Below are positions 30,760 to 43,297 of a stretch of DNA of 64,000 nucleotides, piece after piece; the first letter of the stretch is position 1; each line of letters starts with the position of its first letter. The translations under genes were made by a program, and so were the position numbers. The notes beneath the pieces are model-generated. The model ran no database searches, was not told the DNA's origin, and saw only the letters and a list, made by a program, of their open reading frames with translations. Source of the stretch: Chrysemys picta bellii (lineage: Eukaryota); the NCBI RefSeq assembly GCF_011386835.1, contig NC_088807.1, forward strand, positions 26,784,001 to 26,848,000, in the 5' to 3' direction.

Positions 30760-31900
30760 AGATGACAGTAATGAAGATATAATTAGGAACTAGGAAATGT
30801 AGAAAATTGATAAGGGACACAAAGGAGACCATAAAAAGAACAGGAGTACTTGTGGCACCTTAAAGGAGACCATGAGAACTCTATGGCTAGCAGAGATGTC
30901 AATAATAATGCAGAAACGGCACAAGTGTCCAATTAATATTTCTGTTGTTTTTAAGAAAAATACATGAGGCAGCCATAGCTTATAATGAAACATTTTACAT
31001 TCTATAACTTCAGAGACACTTTTAAAATCAGCAGGTTCACATAACTGGAAACCAAGAGTTTTAAAAGAGCTGGCTGAGAAACTCACTGGGCCATTAATGG
31101 TGATTGTCAACAACTCTTGAATACTGGGGAAGTTCCAGAATTGTGGAGGAAAGCTAATGTTGTACCAATGTTTGAAAAGGGTAAATGGGATGACCTGGGT
31201 AAGTAAAGCCCCCCAGTCCAACATTAAATATACTAAAAACCATCGAAGTGTTTGGTCTCAGAACATAGCTGAGATCAGGAAACCAGCCTGGAGCAAGGGG
31301 GCGAGGCTAGTGGGGTCCTGCTGATGAGGTTGTTTCTTGGCCAGGGACTGTTTCACTTTTTCCATCAGTAAGCTGGAAGAAAACATACAACGATCATGGA
31401 TGACCCAAGCGCTGGGTGCTGGTAAATAACAAAGAGGACAGGCCCCGACACAGAGCAACCTGAATCAGCCGGGTGCATTTAATCCAGCTAGGGACGCAGT
31501 GCGTAGGCCGTGCTCCCAGGCTGGGGGCTCTCCTGGGACACGGCGACTGGAAAAGCTCTGGGGGCCGTGGGAATAGGAGCTCCCAGTGCGACATCGCAGA
31601 CGCCATGGGCTGCACAAACCGGGGACTCACTCGTAGCAGCAGGGAGGTTATTTTACCTCGGTGTTTGGTGCTGGGTCCTGGCTCCGGTGCGGGGACCCGC
31701 AGCTCCACGAGGCCGGGGATCTGTGGGAGAGGCTCCAAGAAGAACTGAAGGGTCAGAAACAGGGCCCTGGAGGGGGCCGCTCCATTGGTTGGGGGGGAGG
31801 GTGACTCGATCACCGTCTGCAGGTACCTGCCTGGGAGCAAATATGGATAAAGGGCCGGCGAGCACCGGACCCAGGTCTCCCATGGCCCCGGGAGCTGATG
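30760..31900 (+). mobile_element. Old, highly decayed CR1 ORF2 fragments
   Basis: Remnants such as GAGCTGGCTGAGAAACTCACTGGGCCATTAATG and GGAGGAAAGCTAATGTTGTACCAATGTTTGAAAAGGG resemble CR1 RT-upstream sequence from memory. Confidence 0.6.
30833..30861 (-). mobile_element. 29-bp Penelope 3'-terminal micro-insertion with 12-bp target-site duplication
   Basis: AAAGGAGACCAT at 30821-30832 and 30862-30873 flanks AAAAAGAACAGGAGTACTTGTGGCACCTT, which matches the element end at 26611. Confidence 0.8.
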
Positions 31901-33448
31901 TGGGACGAATTCAGCGGCTAACCCCAGGAGCGAGTTCCCAAGGCTGGGGAGGGTTCCCCATCCCTGGCCGGGTGGCCGTTTTCCTGAGAGCCCGGCTCGC
32001 GTCCGACCAGGAGCTCGTTCGGGGCAGGTCCCCGGCCCACGCCACGCAGCTCACACTGGGTCATCACGCTGCTCCCTGCTGGTGTTAGGAGCTGTGGAAA
32101 AGGACGGGGCAGCAGCCGGGGATCCTGAGGGGCCAGTTGGGCTTACAGCAGTGCTGGCCCCAGGCTGCCACGCGTCCTCGCCCAGACCCACTTTGGGGGG
32201 TACCGAGCCGATCTGGGGCATAACTCTGGGACCCTCCCCCTCTTCTCCCTGCCTCTCAGCTGAACTCTGGCCCAAGTTCCCAGCTAAACCTCAGGGCCGC
32301 TGCATGCAAACCCCGACATGCAGCTTCCCGGGGTGGGGGGGGGGGCACCGGCTCCTGGCAATTCCTGAATGCGAACAGCAAACACCATCTGGCAATGGCC
32401 TGTGGGACACTTCTCAGGGCCAGGAGCTCTCGGCCGCCTCGCTTTGCACACAGAGGCCATTTTGGGCTATGTTCACAAGGTGGCTGAGATGCGCAAGTCC
32501 AACATTTAGGCTCCTCTGGGGTGAACAACCGCCTCCACCCCCATAGTGTAACCATTTACATTAAATATATTCCTGGTCTGACGTTGTGACAACCCACATT
32601 CAGGCCTCCACTCCCTGTCCTCCATTGAAGTCACTAACGTTCCTCTAGCACAACAGAACGTGAAGCGGCTCGTGTTTGCTGCTCACCTTTTCTCAAAAGT
32701 CTCCCCACTGCCCTGGCTGGAGTCCCGGCTCAGCACCCAGAACCAGCAGCTAGTGAAGGGTTGAACCAGCTTTCTACAGCGTTCGCCTCCTGTAGAGACG
32801 ACATTTTCTTCGGTTCCATCTACTCGGCTCGTTCAGTTCAGTGACAGTCTCGGGCAAAGAACACAGGGACGGAGAGCTGTAAAAAAAGCAGAAAAACTGG
32901 CTTCCCTCTTCCGATCTATGAATAAAACGAGGTGTGAAATGATGAAGTCTACTACTTCTAACATTACCAAGGGCCTGGTGAGTAAACGCAGCCGGCCCAA
33001 TTCACTCACCAACCATTCTGCCTTTGTTGAAGAAATTGGTTAGCTTTAAAGGGAAACAGCCTTTAAACTGCGAAACGTTGTTCAGTAAAACTACCCTCAG
33101 CGGGCTGGGTAGATGAACCATCACCACATTTAAATGCTGTTGCTGTGCATTTCTCACTGAACTCAATTTCCAGCCACACGGAGCTGGACACAATCCCCAG
33201 AAGGAATCATCGGGTAGGAAACAAGAAAAGCATCGCTCAGCATTTTCTAACACCAGAAAAGGGGGGGAAACGAAGCACTGGGAGAAACCCATGGAACTGT
33301 ATCATTGCCCAGAGCCAGCGTCTCGTCCAACTGGCACAATGGGGCACCAAACTCAGCGTAAGGGCTGCAGGGGGTTATCGGCCACCGTGAATGAAACTTT
33401 CGTTCAGAAAGTGACCGAGCAGGACCTGGGAGACACCAGAGGAAATCA

Positions 33449-33484
33449 GAAGAACAGGAGTACTTGTGGCACCTTAGAGACTAA
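33449..33484 (-). mobile_element. 36-bp Penelope 3'-terminal micro-insertion with 12-bp target-site duplication
   Basis: CAGAGGAAATCA at 33437-33448 and 33485-33496 flanks GAAGAACAGGAGTACTTGTGGCACCTTAGAGACTAA. Confidence 0.82.
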
Positions 33485-34020
33485 CAGAGGAAATCAATGA
33501 TTTAAATCAAGGTTTCCTGCTCGCCCATTAACATTGGCGATTTGATAGATTCCTAGAGCCCAAGGACAGACAGGACCAGTGTGATCGTCTTGTCAGCTGG
33601 AGAACGGCCCCACAATCCCCGGAGCGGACCTGCCAGAGAAACCTCCAGTCTAGATTTCTGCTCTGCCGGTGACGTCTCCCTGACTAATCACCTCCACCGT
33701 TAACGATCTCCCCCGTATTTCCCGTCTCACCTGCTGCACTCGCCCAACCAAGATGGGGACCAGTCTGGCCTGCACATTATTGGCCACATTACAGTAGTGG
33801 AGGCCAGTATTACGGGGTGATGGTAGCCAGGACCCAGGCTCCATTACAGGATGCACGTTATTAGCAGTATTACGGTAGCTGGGACCAGAGCCCCATTACC
33901 ACATGCTCAATATTAGCAGGGTTACAGTAGCTGAAATTGGGTGGGGGGCTCCCATTGAGCTGGGCTCTGCACAGACCCACAGGGACAGACCCCCCCCCAC
34001 ATCCAGAAGAGTTCCTAGTC

Positions 34021-35036
34021 CAGAGGTGGGCAAACTCTTTGGCCTGAGGGCCACCTCTGGGTATGGAAATTGTACGATGGGCCATGAATGCTCAGATTCT
34101 GGCTGGGGTGCGGGCTCTGAGCTGGGGCATGGGAGGGGGTCAGGGGTGCGGGCTCTGGCTGGGGCATGGCAGGGGGTCAGGGGTGCGGGCTCTGGGCTGG
34201 GGCATGGCAGGGGGTCAGGGGTGCGGGCTCTGGGCTGGGGCATGGCAGGGGGTCAGGGCTCTGGGCTGGGGCATGGGAGGGGGGCAGGGGTGCGGGCTCT
34301 GGGCTGGGGCATGGGAGGGGGGCAGGGGTGCGGGCTGTGGGCTGGGGCATGGGAGGGGGTCAGGGGTGCGGGCTCTGGGCTGGGGCATGGGAGGGGGTCA
34401 GGGGTGCGGGCTCTGGGCTGGGGCATGGGAGGGGGTCAGGGGTGCGGGCTCTGGGCTGGGGCATGGGAGGGGGTCAGGGGTGCGGGCTCTGGGCTGGGGC
34501 ATGGGAGGGGGTCAGGGGTGCGGGCTCTGGGCTGGGGCATGGGAGGGGGTCAGGGGTGCGGGCTCTGGGCTGGGGCATGGGAGGGGGGCAGGGGTGCGGG
34601 CTCTGGGCTGGGGCATGGGAGGGGGTCAGGGGTGCGGGCTCTGGGCTGGGGCATGGGAGGGGGTCAGGGGTGCGGGCTCCGGGTGGCTCTTACCTCAAGC
34701 AGCTCCTGGAAGCAGCAGCATGTCCCCCCCGCTGGCTCCTATGCAGAGGTGCGGCCAGGTGGCTCTGCGCGCTGCCCCGTCCGCAGGCGCCGCACCTGCA
34801 GCTACCATTCGCCGCAGTTCCTATGGGGGCTGTGGGGGTGGCGCTTGGGGTGGGGGCAGTGTGCGGAGCCCCCTGGCTGCCCCTACACCTAGGAGCTAGA
34901 GGGGGGACATGCCACTGCTTCCGGGAGCCTCGGCACACGCGTGCGGAGCAGCCTCCGACCCCGCTCCCCGGCTGGAGAGCAAGGGCTGGATTAAACCGGC
35001 TGGAGGGCTGGATGTGGCCTGTAGTTTGCCCACCTG
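34021..35036. mobile_element. hAT-type MITE with an internal 38-bp minisatellite
   Basis: TIRs CAGAGGTGGGCAAACT (34021) and AGTTTGCCCACCTG (ends 35036). 8-bp TSD TCCTAGTC/TCCTAGCC. About 15 copies of GGGGTGCGGGCTCTGGGCTGGGGCATGGGAGGGGGTCA at 34105-34680. Confidence 0.8.
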
Positions 35037-35919
35037 TCCTAGCCTGTCCAGCCACGGGCAGGGGCGGACGACTGAGGGACAGAGAGGGGTTCGGGAAAGA
35101 GGCGGGGAGAGAACCCAGGAGTCCTGGCTCTCAGCCCCCCCTGCTCTAACCCACCAGACCCCTCCCCTCCCAGAGCCGGGAAGAGAACCCAGGAGTCCAG
35201 GCTCCAGCCGGCATGGGGTGGGGGACACACAATCTCTGCTCCCGGCCCTGCCGATGCCCCTCACAGACACCAGGTGGCAGCAGCACCTCTCACAGAGCAG
35301 CCAGGCCCAACACCTCCCCCCCACCACCGCCAGCTGCACCCCAAAGCTGAGCCAGGCGGGGAAGAGGGCAAGGCGGGGCCCGAACTCCTGGGTTCCCTGA
35401 TCCTTCCAACGTATTTTCCCTTGACGATGATGTTGCAAAAACACCTTAAAAGGAAAAAAAAAAAGTTACTTGGTGCTTCCAGAGTGAGTGAGCCCCCCTG
35501 CGCACACCCAGTGCACGCTCATCCCCGGCATGCCCAGTGCACACTCACTCCAGATTTGCACAAGCACCCTGCCTTTGCCCAGCACACTCAGGGCATGCTC
35601 CCCCTGCCTTTGCACCATCACCCTCTGACACGCTCAGTGCACACTCACCCCGCCTTGACACACCCACTGTGCCACCTCCTTTGTAGACTTGTGCCTGCAC
35701 TCACGGGTGCACGGTCAGCGCCCCGCTGGTCACACCCCCATGCACTCGCTCACTCCCCCTCCCTTGCCCCAGCCGCGCAGGCTCACGCCTGGCCCAGGCC
35801 CTTGGCACGTGCCCGGCCTGGCTCCGGAGCCGCATCTGGTTCCTATCAGCAGCTCTGGGGTTTTACATTTCAGCTGTTTACATGGCAGGCGGGATGGTGA
35901 ATCGCGGTGCCAGCCCCCC

Positions 35920-37430
35920 GCCCGGGCCCACGATTCCCACCCAGCCGCAAACACCCCACCACAGCCCCAGGGCCCTAGGCCGGCCCCCTCCCCCCAACCG
36001 GGCCTGGGACACCGGTCCAGCCCCGTCCCCACCTGGCCCTACAACTCCCACCCAGCCGCAAACACCCCACCACAGCCCCAGGGCCCTAGGCCGCCCCCTC
36101 ACCCCAACCGGGCCTGGGACACCGATCCAGCCCCCCCCCACCAGCCCCCTCCCCGCCTGGCCCTACAACTCCCACCCAGCCACAAACACCCCACCACAGC
36201 CCCAGGGCCCTAGGCCGGCCCCCTCCCCCAAACCGGGCCTGGGACACCGTCCAGCCCCGTCCCTGCCTGGCCCTACAACTCCCACCCAGCCGCAAACACC
36301 CCACCACAGCCCCAGGGCCCTAGGCCGGCCCCCTCACCCCAACCGGGCCTGGGACACCGGTCCAGCCCCGTCCCCGCCTGGCCCTACAACTCCCACCCAG
36401 CCGCAAACACCCCACCACAGCCCCAGGGCCCTAGGCCGGCCCCCTCACCCCAACCGGGCCTGGGTCACCGGTCCAGCCCCCCCACACCAGCCCCCTCCCC
36501 GCCTGGCCCTACAACTCCCACCCAGCCGCAAACACCCCACCACAGCCCCAGGGCCCTAGGCCGGCCCCCCTCACCCCAACCGGGCCTGGGACACCGGTCC
36601 AGCCCCGTCCCCGCCTGGCCCTACAACTCCCACCCAGCCGCAAACACCCCACCACAGCCCCAGGGCCCTAGGCCGGCCCCCTCCCCCCAACCGGGCCTGG
36701 GACACCGGTCCAGCCCCGTCCCCGCCTGGCCCTACAACTCCCACCCAGCCACAAACACCCCACCACAGCCCCAGGGCCCTAGGCCGGCCCCCTCCCCCCA
36801 ACCGGGCCTGGGACACCGGTCCAGCCCCGTCCCCGCCTGGCCCTACAACTCCCACCCAGCCGCAAACACCCCACCACAGCCCCAGGGCCCTAGGCCGGCC
36901 CCCTCACCCCAACCGGGCCTGGGTCACCGGTCCAGCCCCCCCACACCAGCCCCCTCCCCGCCTGGCCCTACAACTCCCACCCAGCCGCAAACACCCCACC
37001 ACAGCCCCAGGGCCCTAGGCCGGCCCCCCTCACCCCAACCGGGCCTGGGACACCGGTCCAGCCCCCCCACACCAGCCCCCCACCCGGGCCCACGATTCCC
37101 ACCCAGCCACAAACACCCCACCACAGCCCCAGGGCCCTAGGCCGGCCCCCTCACCCCAACCGGGCCTGGGACACCGGTCCAGCCCCCCCACACCAGCCCC
37201 CTCCCCGCCTGGCCCTACAACTCCCACCCAGCCACAAACACCCCACCACAGCCCCAGGGCCCAAGGCTGGCCCCCTCCCCCCAACCGGGCCTGGGACACC
37301 GGTCCAGCCCCCCCACACCAGCCCCCTCCCCGCCTGGCCCTACAACTCCCACCCAGCCGCAAACACCCCACCACAGCCCCAGGCCGGCCCCCTCCCCCCA
37401 ACCGGGCCTGGGACACCGGTCCAGCCCTCC
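35920..37430 (+). repeat. Tandem array of about 13 units of 110-112 or 124-125 bp
   Basis: CCCTACAACT marker at 36037, 36161, 36271, 36382, 36507, 36619, 36730, 36841, 36966, 37213 and 37338. Confidence 0.95.
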
Positions 37431-38109
37431 CCCACACACACACCAGGCCCCAGACGCCAACCCAGCCCCCCAACCACTGACACCCCCCATGGTGAGTCAC
37501 AGGCAGTGAATGAGCAAAATGTTTTTTTATAGCAAAAGAGGAAACTGCCAGTAAGAGACGAGCTGGGCGGGGGGGCAGGGCTGGGGGGACAGGCAGAGAT
37601 GGGGACTCTGTGCCCCCTGACTGGCACCCCAGCACCCCCATCCCTCCAGTTCTGTCCTCTCCCCCCACCCACCCTGCTAGCTGCCCCATCCCATCCCCCT
37701 CCCATGCCCAGCGCCCCCCATCCCCCCCAGCTCTGTCCTCTCCCCCCACCCACCCTGCTAGCTGCCCCATCCCTTTCTCCCTCTGTGCCCAAAGCTCCCC
37801 TTTCCCCCCCGGCTCTGTCCTCTCCCCCCTGCCCCACCGCTGGCTGCCCTGGCCCTTCCCCCTCCCCGTGCCCATGGGGCGTTGCCATGGCGTCCATCCT
37901 CTGTCTCCTCTCTCTGTCACCATGGAAACGCGCCCGGGTGCAGCGGTGGCAGCATGTGCTGATCCCCCCTTCCCCACCCTGAAATGGGGGGGCCTCCAGG
38001 GAGGGGGAGGAACAAGGGGGAGAGTGGATCAGTGGGGGGCCTGGGTTTGGGGGGGAGGGAGCTCCTCAGGTGGACCCCTGGGCTTGGATCTCCTCAGAAG
38101 GGGGCGCCA

Positions 38110-38430
38110 GATGGGCTAGCAGGGGCTGCAGATTGGGAGTGAGGGGCAGGGCTGGGCTAGCAGGGGCTGCGGGTCGGGAGTGAGGGGCACCGGCAGAGCG
38201 GGGGGTGGGGCTGGGCTGGGCTAGCAGGGGCCTGCGGCTCAGGAGTGAGGGGAACTGGGAGAAGGGGGGGGCTGGGCTAGCAGGGGCTGCAGGTTGGGAG
38301 TGAGGGGCACCGGCAGGGCTGGGCTAGCAGGGGGCTGCGGGTCGGGAGTGAGGGGCACCGGCAGGGCTGTGGGGTGGCAGGGCCGGGCTAGCAGGGGGCT
38401 GCAGGTTGGGAGTGAGGGGCACTGGCAGAT
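38110..38430 (+). repeat. Minisatellite family B copies
   Basis: GGGCTAGCAGGGGGCTGCGGGTCGGGAGTGAGGGGCACCGGCAG units. Confidence 0.8.
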
Positions 38431-38689
38431 TCATTCACTGACTCCCAACCTCCCCATCGAAGCCACTCCCCTCACAGAGCTGGGGACAGAACCCAGGAGT
38501 CCTGCCAGGCCCTAACCCACCTCCACCTCTTTTCTGCCCAGGTGAGTCTAGGAGGGGAAACCAGGATCCCGCTCTCTGCCTATCGGGCTGCCAGTGGCTT
38601 CCATGGGATTGTGCCCCACGGCAGTTGGGATAGCACCCCCTGGACATAGTCCCAGCCTGCGTGGGAGTCCCACGCTCAGTGGACAGGCT

Positions 38690-39135
38690 GTGTGATGAGG
38701 CCTTGCACACTCAAAGGGCAGTGTGTCCGGGTGTCTGAATCCCTTGCACACCCAGGTGACAGGGTGTGCATGAAAAGGCCTTGCCCCTATGTGGTGTATA
38801 TAAGTCCCTTGCACACGTAGGGTGTGTGAGTCCCTCGCATGTTCAGCAGACAGTATGTGTGAAAATGCCTCACACCCTCAGTGTGCAAGTGAGTGAAAGC
38901 CCCTCGTACACTCACGGCACCAGGGGAGTGTGACTGCCTTGCACGGTCACAGTGTGTGCAAGCCCCTTGCACACCCAGATAGCAGGATGTGTGAAAACAC
39001 TTCGCACACACAGTCTGTGCAAGAGATCTCCTTGCACAGCCGAAATGCAGGGTGCGTGGGGACAGGCCTTGCACACTCCGGGCACGCGCGAGCCCCTTGC
39101 ACACTCCGGGCACGCGCGAGCCCCTTGCACACTCG
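38690..39135 (+). repeat. Degenerate CCTTGCACAC-core repeat upstream of the PLXNA3 promoter
   Basis: About ten CCTTGCAC cores. Confidence 0.65.
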
Positions 39136-39199
39136 CCCCCCTGTGGCTCCAGCCAGCGACCGCTGGGCTGCAATGAATGATCGGGCTGATCCATTCCTG

Positions 39200-39438
39200 C
39201 AGCGGGGGGAGGGCTCAGGGGATTGCGGGGGTGGGGGACTCGCCTGGCCGCCCCATCTCCCGAGGGGGGTCCTGGGGGGAGCAGAGCAGGACGGGATCAG
39301 GGGATCGCAGGGCGGGGCCCTTGGGGGGCGCTCCCCCATCCCTCCCCCCCCGCCCACAATGGTGCAGCCCGCGTTTAAAGGGCCCGGCCGGGCGGGGAGG
39401 GGGCAGAGCCGGAGCGGGGCGCGCGGCTGCAGCTGCAG
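39200..39438 (+). promoter_or_regulatory. Putative PLXNA3 promoter and non-coding exon 1
   Basis: CpG-rich segment with TTTAAAG at 39374, GC boxes and donor GCAG/GTAGAG at 39438/39439. Human PLXNA3 has a non-coding first exon (recalled). Confidence 0.45.
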
Positions 39439-39454
39439 GTAGAGCCGGGCGGGG

Positions 39455-39930
39455 CCCCCCCAGGATCGGGGGGCGGGTCGGTGCATTGGGGGCCCCCAGG
39501 ATCGGTGCACGGGGGGCGGGGAGGGGATCGGTGCATTGGGGGGGTCCGGATCGGTGCACGGGGGGCGGGGAGGGGGTCGGTGCATTGGGGGGGGCCAGGA
39601 TCGGGGGGCGGGGAGGGGGTCGGTCCATGGGGGGCAGGATCGGTGCACGGGGTGGGGAGGGGATCGGTGCATTGGGGGGGTCCGGATCGGTGCACGGGGG
39701 GCGGGGAGGGGGTCGGTGCATTGGGGGGGGGCAGGATCGGGGGGCGGGGAGGGGGTTGGTCCATGGGGGGCAGGATCGGTGCACGGGGGGCGGTGCATTG
39801 GGGGGGCCCGGATCAGTGCACGGGGTGGGGAGGGGATCGGTGCATTGGGGGGGGGGCAGGATCGGGGGCAGGATCGGTGCATTGCGGGGGCCCAGGATCG
39901 GGGGGCGGGTAGGGGGTCGGTGCATTGGGG
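39455..39930 (+). repeat. GGATCGGTGCATTGGGGG minisatellite
   Basis: Many tandem units directly after the putative exon 1 donor. Confidence 0.9.
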
Positions 39931-40800
39931 GGTAGGGAGGATGCTGGGTGTGTGGGTCTCAGTTCATTGGGGAAGTCCCCCACAGATCAGTGCTTTGGGG
40001 CAGATGGCTCAGGGCATGAAGGGGGCTCTGCATTGGGGAGAGGGCCAGGATTTGGGGGTCAGGGACTGGGGCAGGGAGGAGACACCCCCAGGATTGGAGC
40101 ATGGGGGCCTGGCAGGGGCAGCCCCCAGATCAGCCCATGCAGGGAGGATTGGGGGGATGGGAGCAGAGCCCCCATACTGGAGGGCTCCCTTCCCTCTGCC
40201 TGCTCTGTTACTTTGGGGGCCCCATGCCCAAGTTGTCAGGTGGGGGGCTGCAGGGGGTGTCACTCTGGGGGTAGGGTTGGGGCATCCCCACAGCTGTCTG
40301 AGCCCCCCATTCTCCCAGCAGAGTGGGGTGAGGGGATTCACTGCTGCCTGGCCAACCCCCCCCCCCAAACCCCCATTGGTCCTGACCCTAGGCGGGCACT
40401 AAGCTGGGTCGGGCGGAGTGCCAGGACTCCTGGGTTCTCTCCCTGGTTCTGGGAGGGGAGTGGTGGTCTAGCGGTAGAGCAGACTGTGAGATGGGAGCCA
40501 GGACTCCTGGGTTCTTTTCCTGCACAGCAATGTCAGGGGGGGTGGGTGGGAGAAGAGAACAGGTGGCCATTTCCCCGCAGATCCCTGAATGGGGGTGCAG
40601 TTCAGGAAAGGGGGGGCATCTGGCTTGTGTCTTTCCTGGCCCTTTTCTGGGGCACTGGGATCCTCTCTCAGCCTCTCTTCCAGTGGGAGACGAAAGCTGG
40701 GGGGTGGGCAGGGGGCTTAGAGAAAACTGGGGGGTAAGGGCTGGGTCCTAAGGCTGGGCCAGGGTCAGATTAACATTGCTGGGTGGTTGTAACAGGGTGT

Positions 40801-41050
40801 GGGCTGAGAGGGTTGTGGGGCTCTGTGGCCAAGGTGGGAAGGGAGGTTGTGGGGTTGGGTTGGCAGGAGGCTTTGGGCCTATGGGGCTGAGAGGGTTGTG
40901 GGGCTCTGTGGCCAAGGTGGGAAGGGAGGTTGTGGGGTTGGGTTGGCAGGAGGCTTTGGGCCTATGGGGCTGAGAGGGTTGTGGGGCTCTGTGGCCAAGG
41001 TGGGAAGGGAGGTTGTGGGGTTGGGTTGGCAGGAGGCTTTGGGCCTATGG
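40801..41050 (+). repeat. Three 83-bp tandem units
   Basis: GGGCTGAGAGGGTTGTGG starts at 40801, 40884 and 40967. Confidence 0.92.
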
Positions 41051-42029
41051 GGCAGGGCTGGGGTCAGGCTGGTAGGAGGCTGTGGGGTGGGGCAGTGGGG
41101 GGCTCTGACCCATGTCTCTGTGGTTATTGGGAGGGCACTGCTTAAAGTGGGTGTGAAAAGTAAGGGTCTGGCCTCCCCAGCCTCACCTCTGCTCCCCCTG
41201 GTCTTCTTCAGCCCTCTGCCAGCTCAGGGGGGCTGTAGTGAGGTCTCCAGGTCCCCCCCAAGCTGCTGGGCTCTTTAGCCTGGGGGGATATGGGGCAGTA
41301 GCCCAGGAGGCAGAGGGTCCCACCAGCCCTGGCTCATTAGAAGGCCTCAGGCCTGTTTTCGGGGCTCTTAAGCCCTGGATGTGGGGCGGGGTGTGATTGG
41401 GGCGGGGCTGGGGGCGGGGCCTGACAGTGGGAGGAGCTGTGGCTTGTGGGTGTGTGGAGGGGGGCTGTGGGGGCCTAGTGATGGTGGGGGGCTCGTGTGT
41501 GTTGTGGGGGTGGGCGCTGGGGGTCCTGGGTGTGTTATGGGGATCCTCGGACCCATCCCTGTCTCAGGGATTCTCCCCTCTTGCGTCCCCCCCCACACTG
41601 TGGGGGGCCCCCCCGCTCTCCAGGTCACGAGCCCCCCGCCCTGGCGCTGCGGGGGAGGGGTGTTTTGACTCCTTGCACAGGGTGCTAACAAGGATCCAGG
41701 CATGTGTGGGAGGTGTTGAGGGGGTGCTAAGAAAGGCGGGGGGGTGTCTGGCGGTGGGGTGCTCTCTCTGCCCTCAGCACCCAGTGAGGAGGGAGCTGGG
41801 GGAGGCTCTGATTCGGGGGGCTGGGCCCCAGAGGTAGCCCCGTCTGGAGTGGGTTGGGGGTCTGGAAAGGGGCAGGGGTTCAGCTATGGGGGGGGGGTTG
41901 ACCCTAAGTGGGGAGGGTTGGGGGGCACAGGCCTGGTGGGGTAACCCTGTGGGGACAGGGGCTTGTGTAGGGTGGGAGGGCTGAGTCTGCTTTGGGGAGG
42001 CTGGGGGGCAAATTATCTGAGGAGATTGG

Positions 42030-43220
42030 GTGTTGGGGGTTCAGCTATGGGGAAGGGGATCTGGGTGACCGAAGCTGTGGGGGGGGGCAGCCGTGGGTGT
42101 TGGGGGATCAGTCATGGTGAAGTCAGTAGGGGGTTGGGGGTGGGCACTGGCTGTGGGTGTTGGGGGATCAGTCATGGGGAAGTCAGGAGCTGGGGTTGGT
42201 CTCTCAACCTGCGGGGCTTGGGGGGTCAGCCATGGGGAAGTGGGGGGCTGGGGGGGCTCTCTGGCTGGGGAGTTGGGGGTCACTTATGGGGAATTGGGGG
42301 ACTGGGGATGAATTCTCCAGCTGGGAGTTGGGGTGAGCCATGGGGAACTGAGGGGCTGGGGGTGGGATCTCTGGCTGTGGGTGTTGGGGGGTCAGCCATG
42401 GGGAAGTGAGGGGCTGGGGGGGCTCTCTGGCTGGGGGGCGTGGGTCAGCCATGGGGAACTATGGGGACGGGGGTGGGATCTCTGGCTGCGGGTGTTGGGG
42501 GGTCAGCCATGGGGAAGTGGGGGGCTGGGCGCTCTGACTGTGGGTGTTGTGGGGTCAGCCATGGGGAAGTGGGGGGCTGGGGGTGAGATCTCTGGCTGGG
42601 GGTTGGGGGTGAGCCGTGGGGAAGTGGGGGGCTGGGGTGGGCTCTCTGGCTGGGGGGCGGGCGTCAGCCATGGGGAAGTGGGGGCTCTGAGTGGGCACTG
42701 GCTGCGGGTGTTGGGGGGTCAGCCATGGGGAAGTGGGAGCTGGGGTGGGCACTGGGGTGGGCGCTAGCTGTGGGTGTTGGGGGGTCAGCCATGGGGAAGT
42801 GGGGGGCTGGGGTGAGATCTCTGGCTGGGGGTTGGGGGTGAGCCGTGGGGAAGTGGGGGGCTGGGGTGGGCTCTCTGGCTGGAGAGTTGGGGGTCAGTTA
42901 TAGGGAAGTGGGGGGCTGGGGGTAGGCTCTCTGGCTGGGGGGCGGGCGTCAGCCATGGGGAAGTGGGGGCTCTGAGTGGGCACTGGCTGCGGGTGTTGGG
43001 GGGTCAGCCATGGGGAAGTGGGGGCTGGGGTGGGCACTGGGGTGGGCGCTGGCTGTGGGTGTTGGGGAGTCAGCCATGGGGAAGTGGGGGGCTGGGGGTG
43101 GGCTATGGCTGGGGGTGTTGGGGGGTGTCATCCATGGGGAAGTGGGGGGCTGGGGTGGGCGTTGGCTGTGGGTGTTGGGGGGTCAGCCATGGGGAAGTGG
43201 GGGGCTGGGGGTGGTCTCTC
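42030..43220 (+). repeat. G-rich GTCAGCCATGGGGAAGTGGGGGGCTGGGG array in PLXNA3 intron 1
   Basis: More than 15 units of variable length. Confidence 0.9.
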
Positions 43221-43297
43221 TGGCAGGGGGGAGGTCCCCATCTCTCTAACCCCCATCTCTCCCCCTTCCAGGCCTGCCGCCCCCCGACCATCCCACC

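Noticed and set aside
33660-33990. Repeated (C/G)TTAC(A/G)G motifs resembling a decayed MIR-like SINE
   Set aside because: Too degenerate to delimit or classify by eye.
33903-37977. Long Gly/Trp- and Pro/Thr-rich ORFs
   Set aside because: They coincide with the 38-bp and 111/125-bp arrays.
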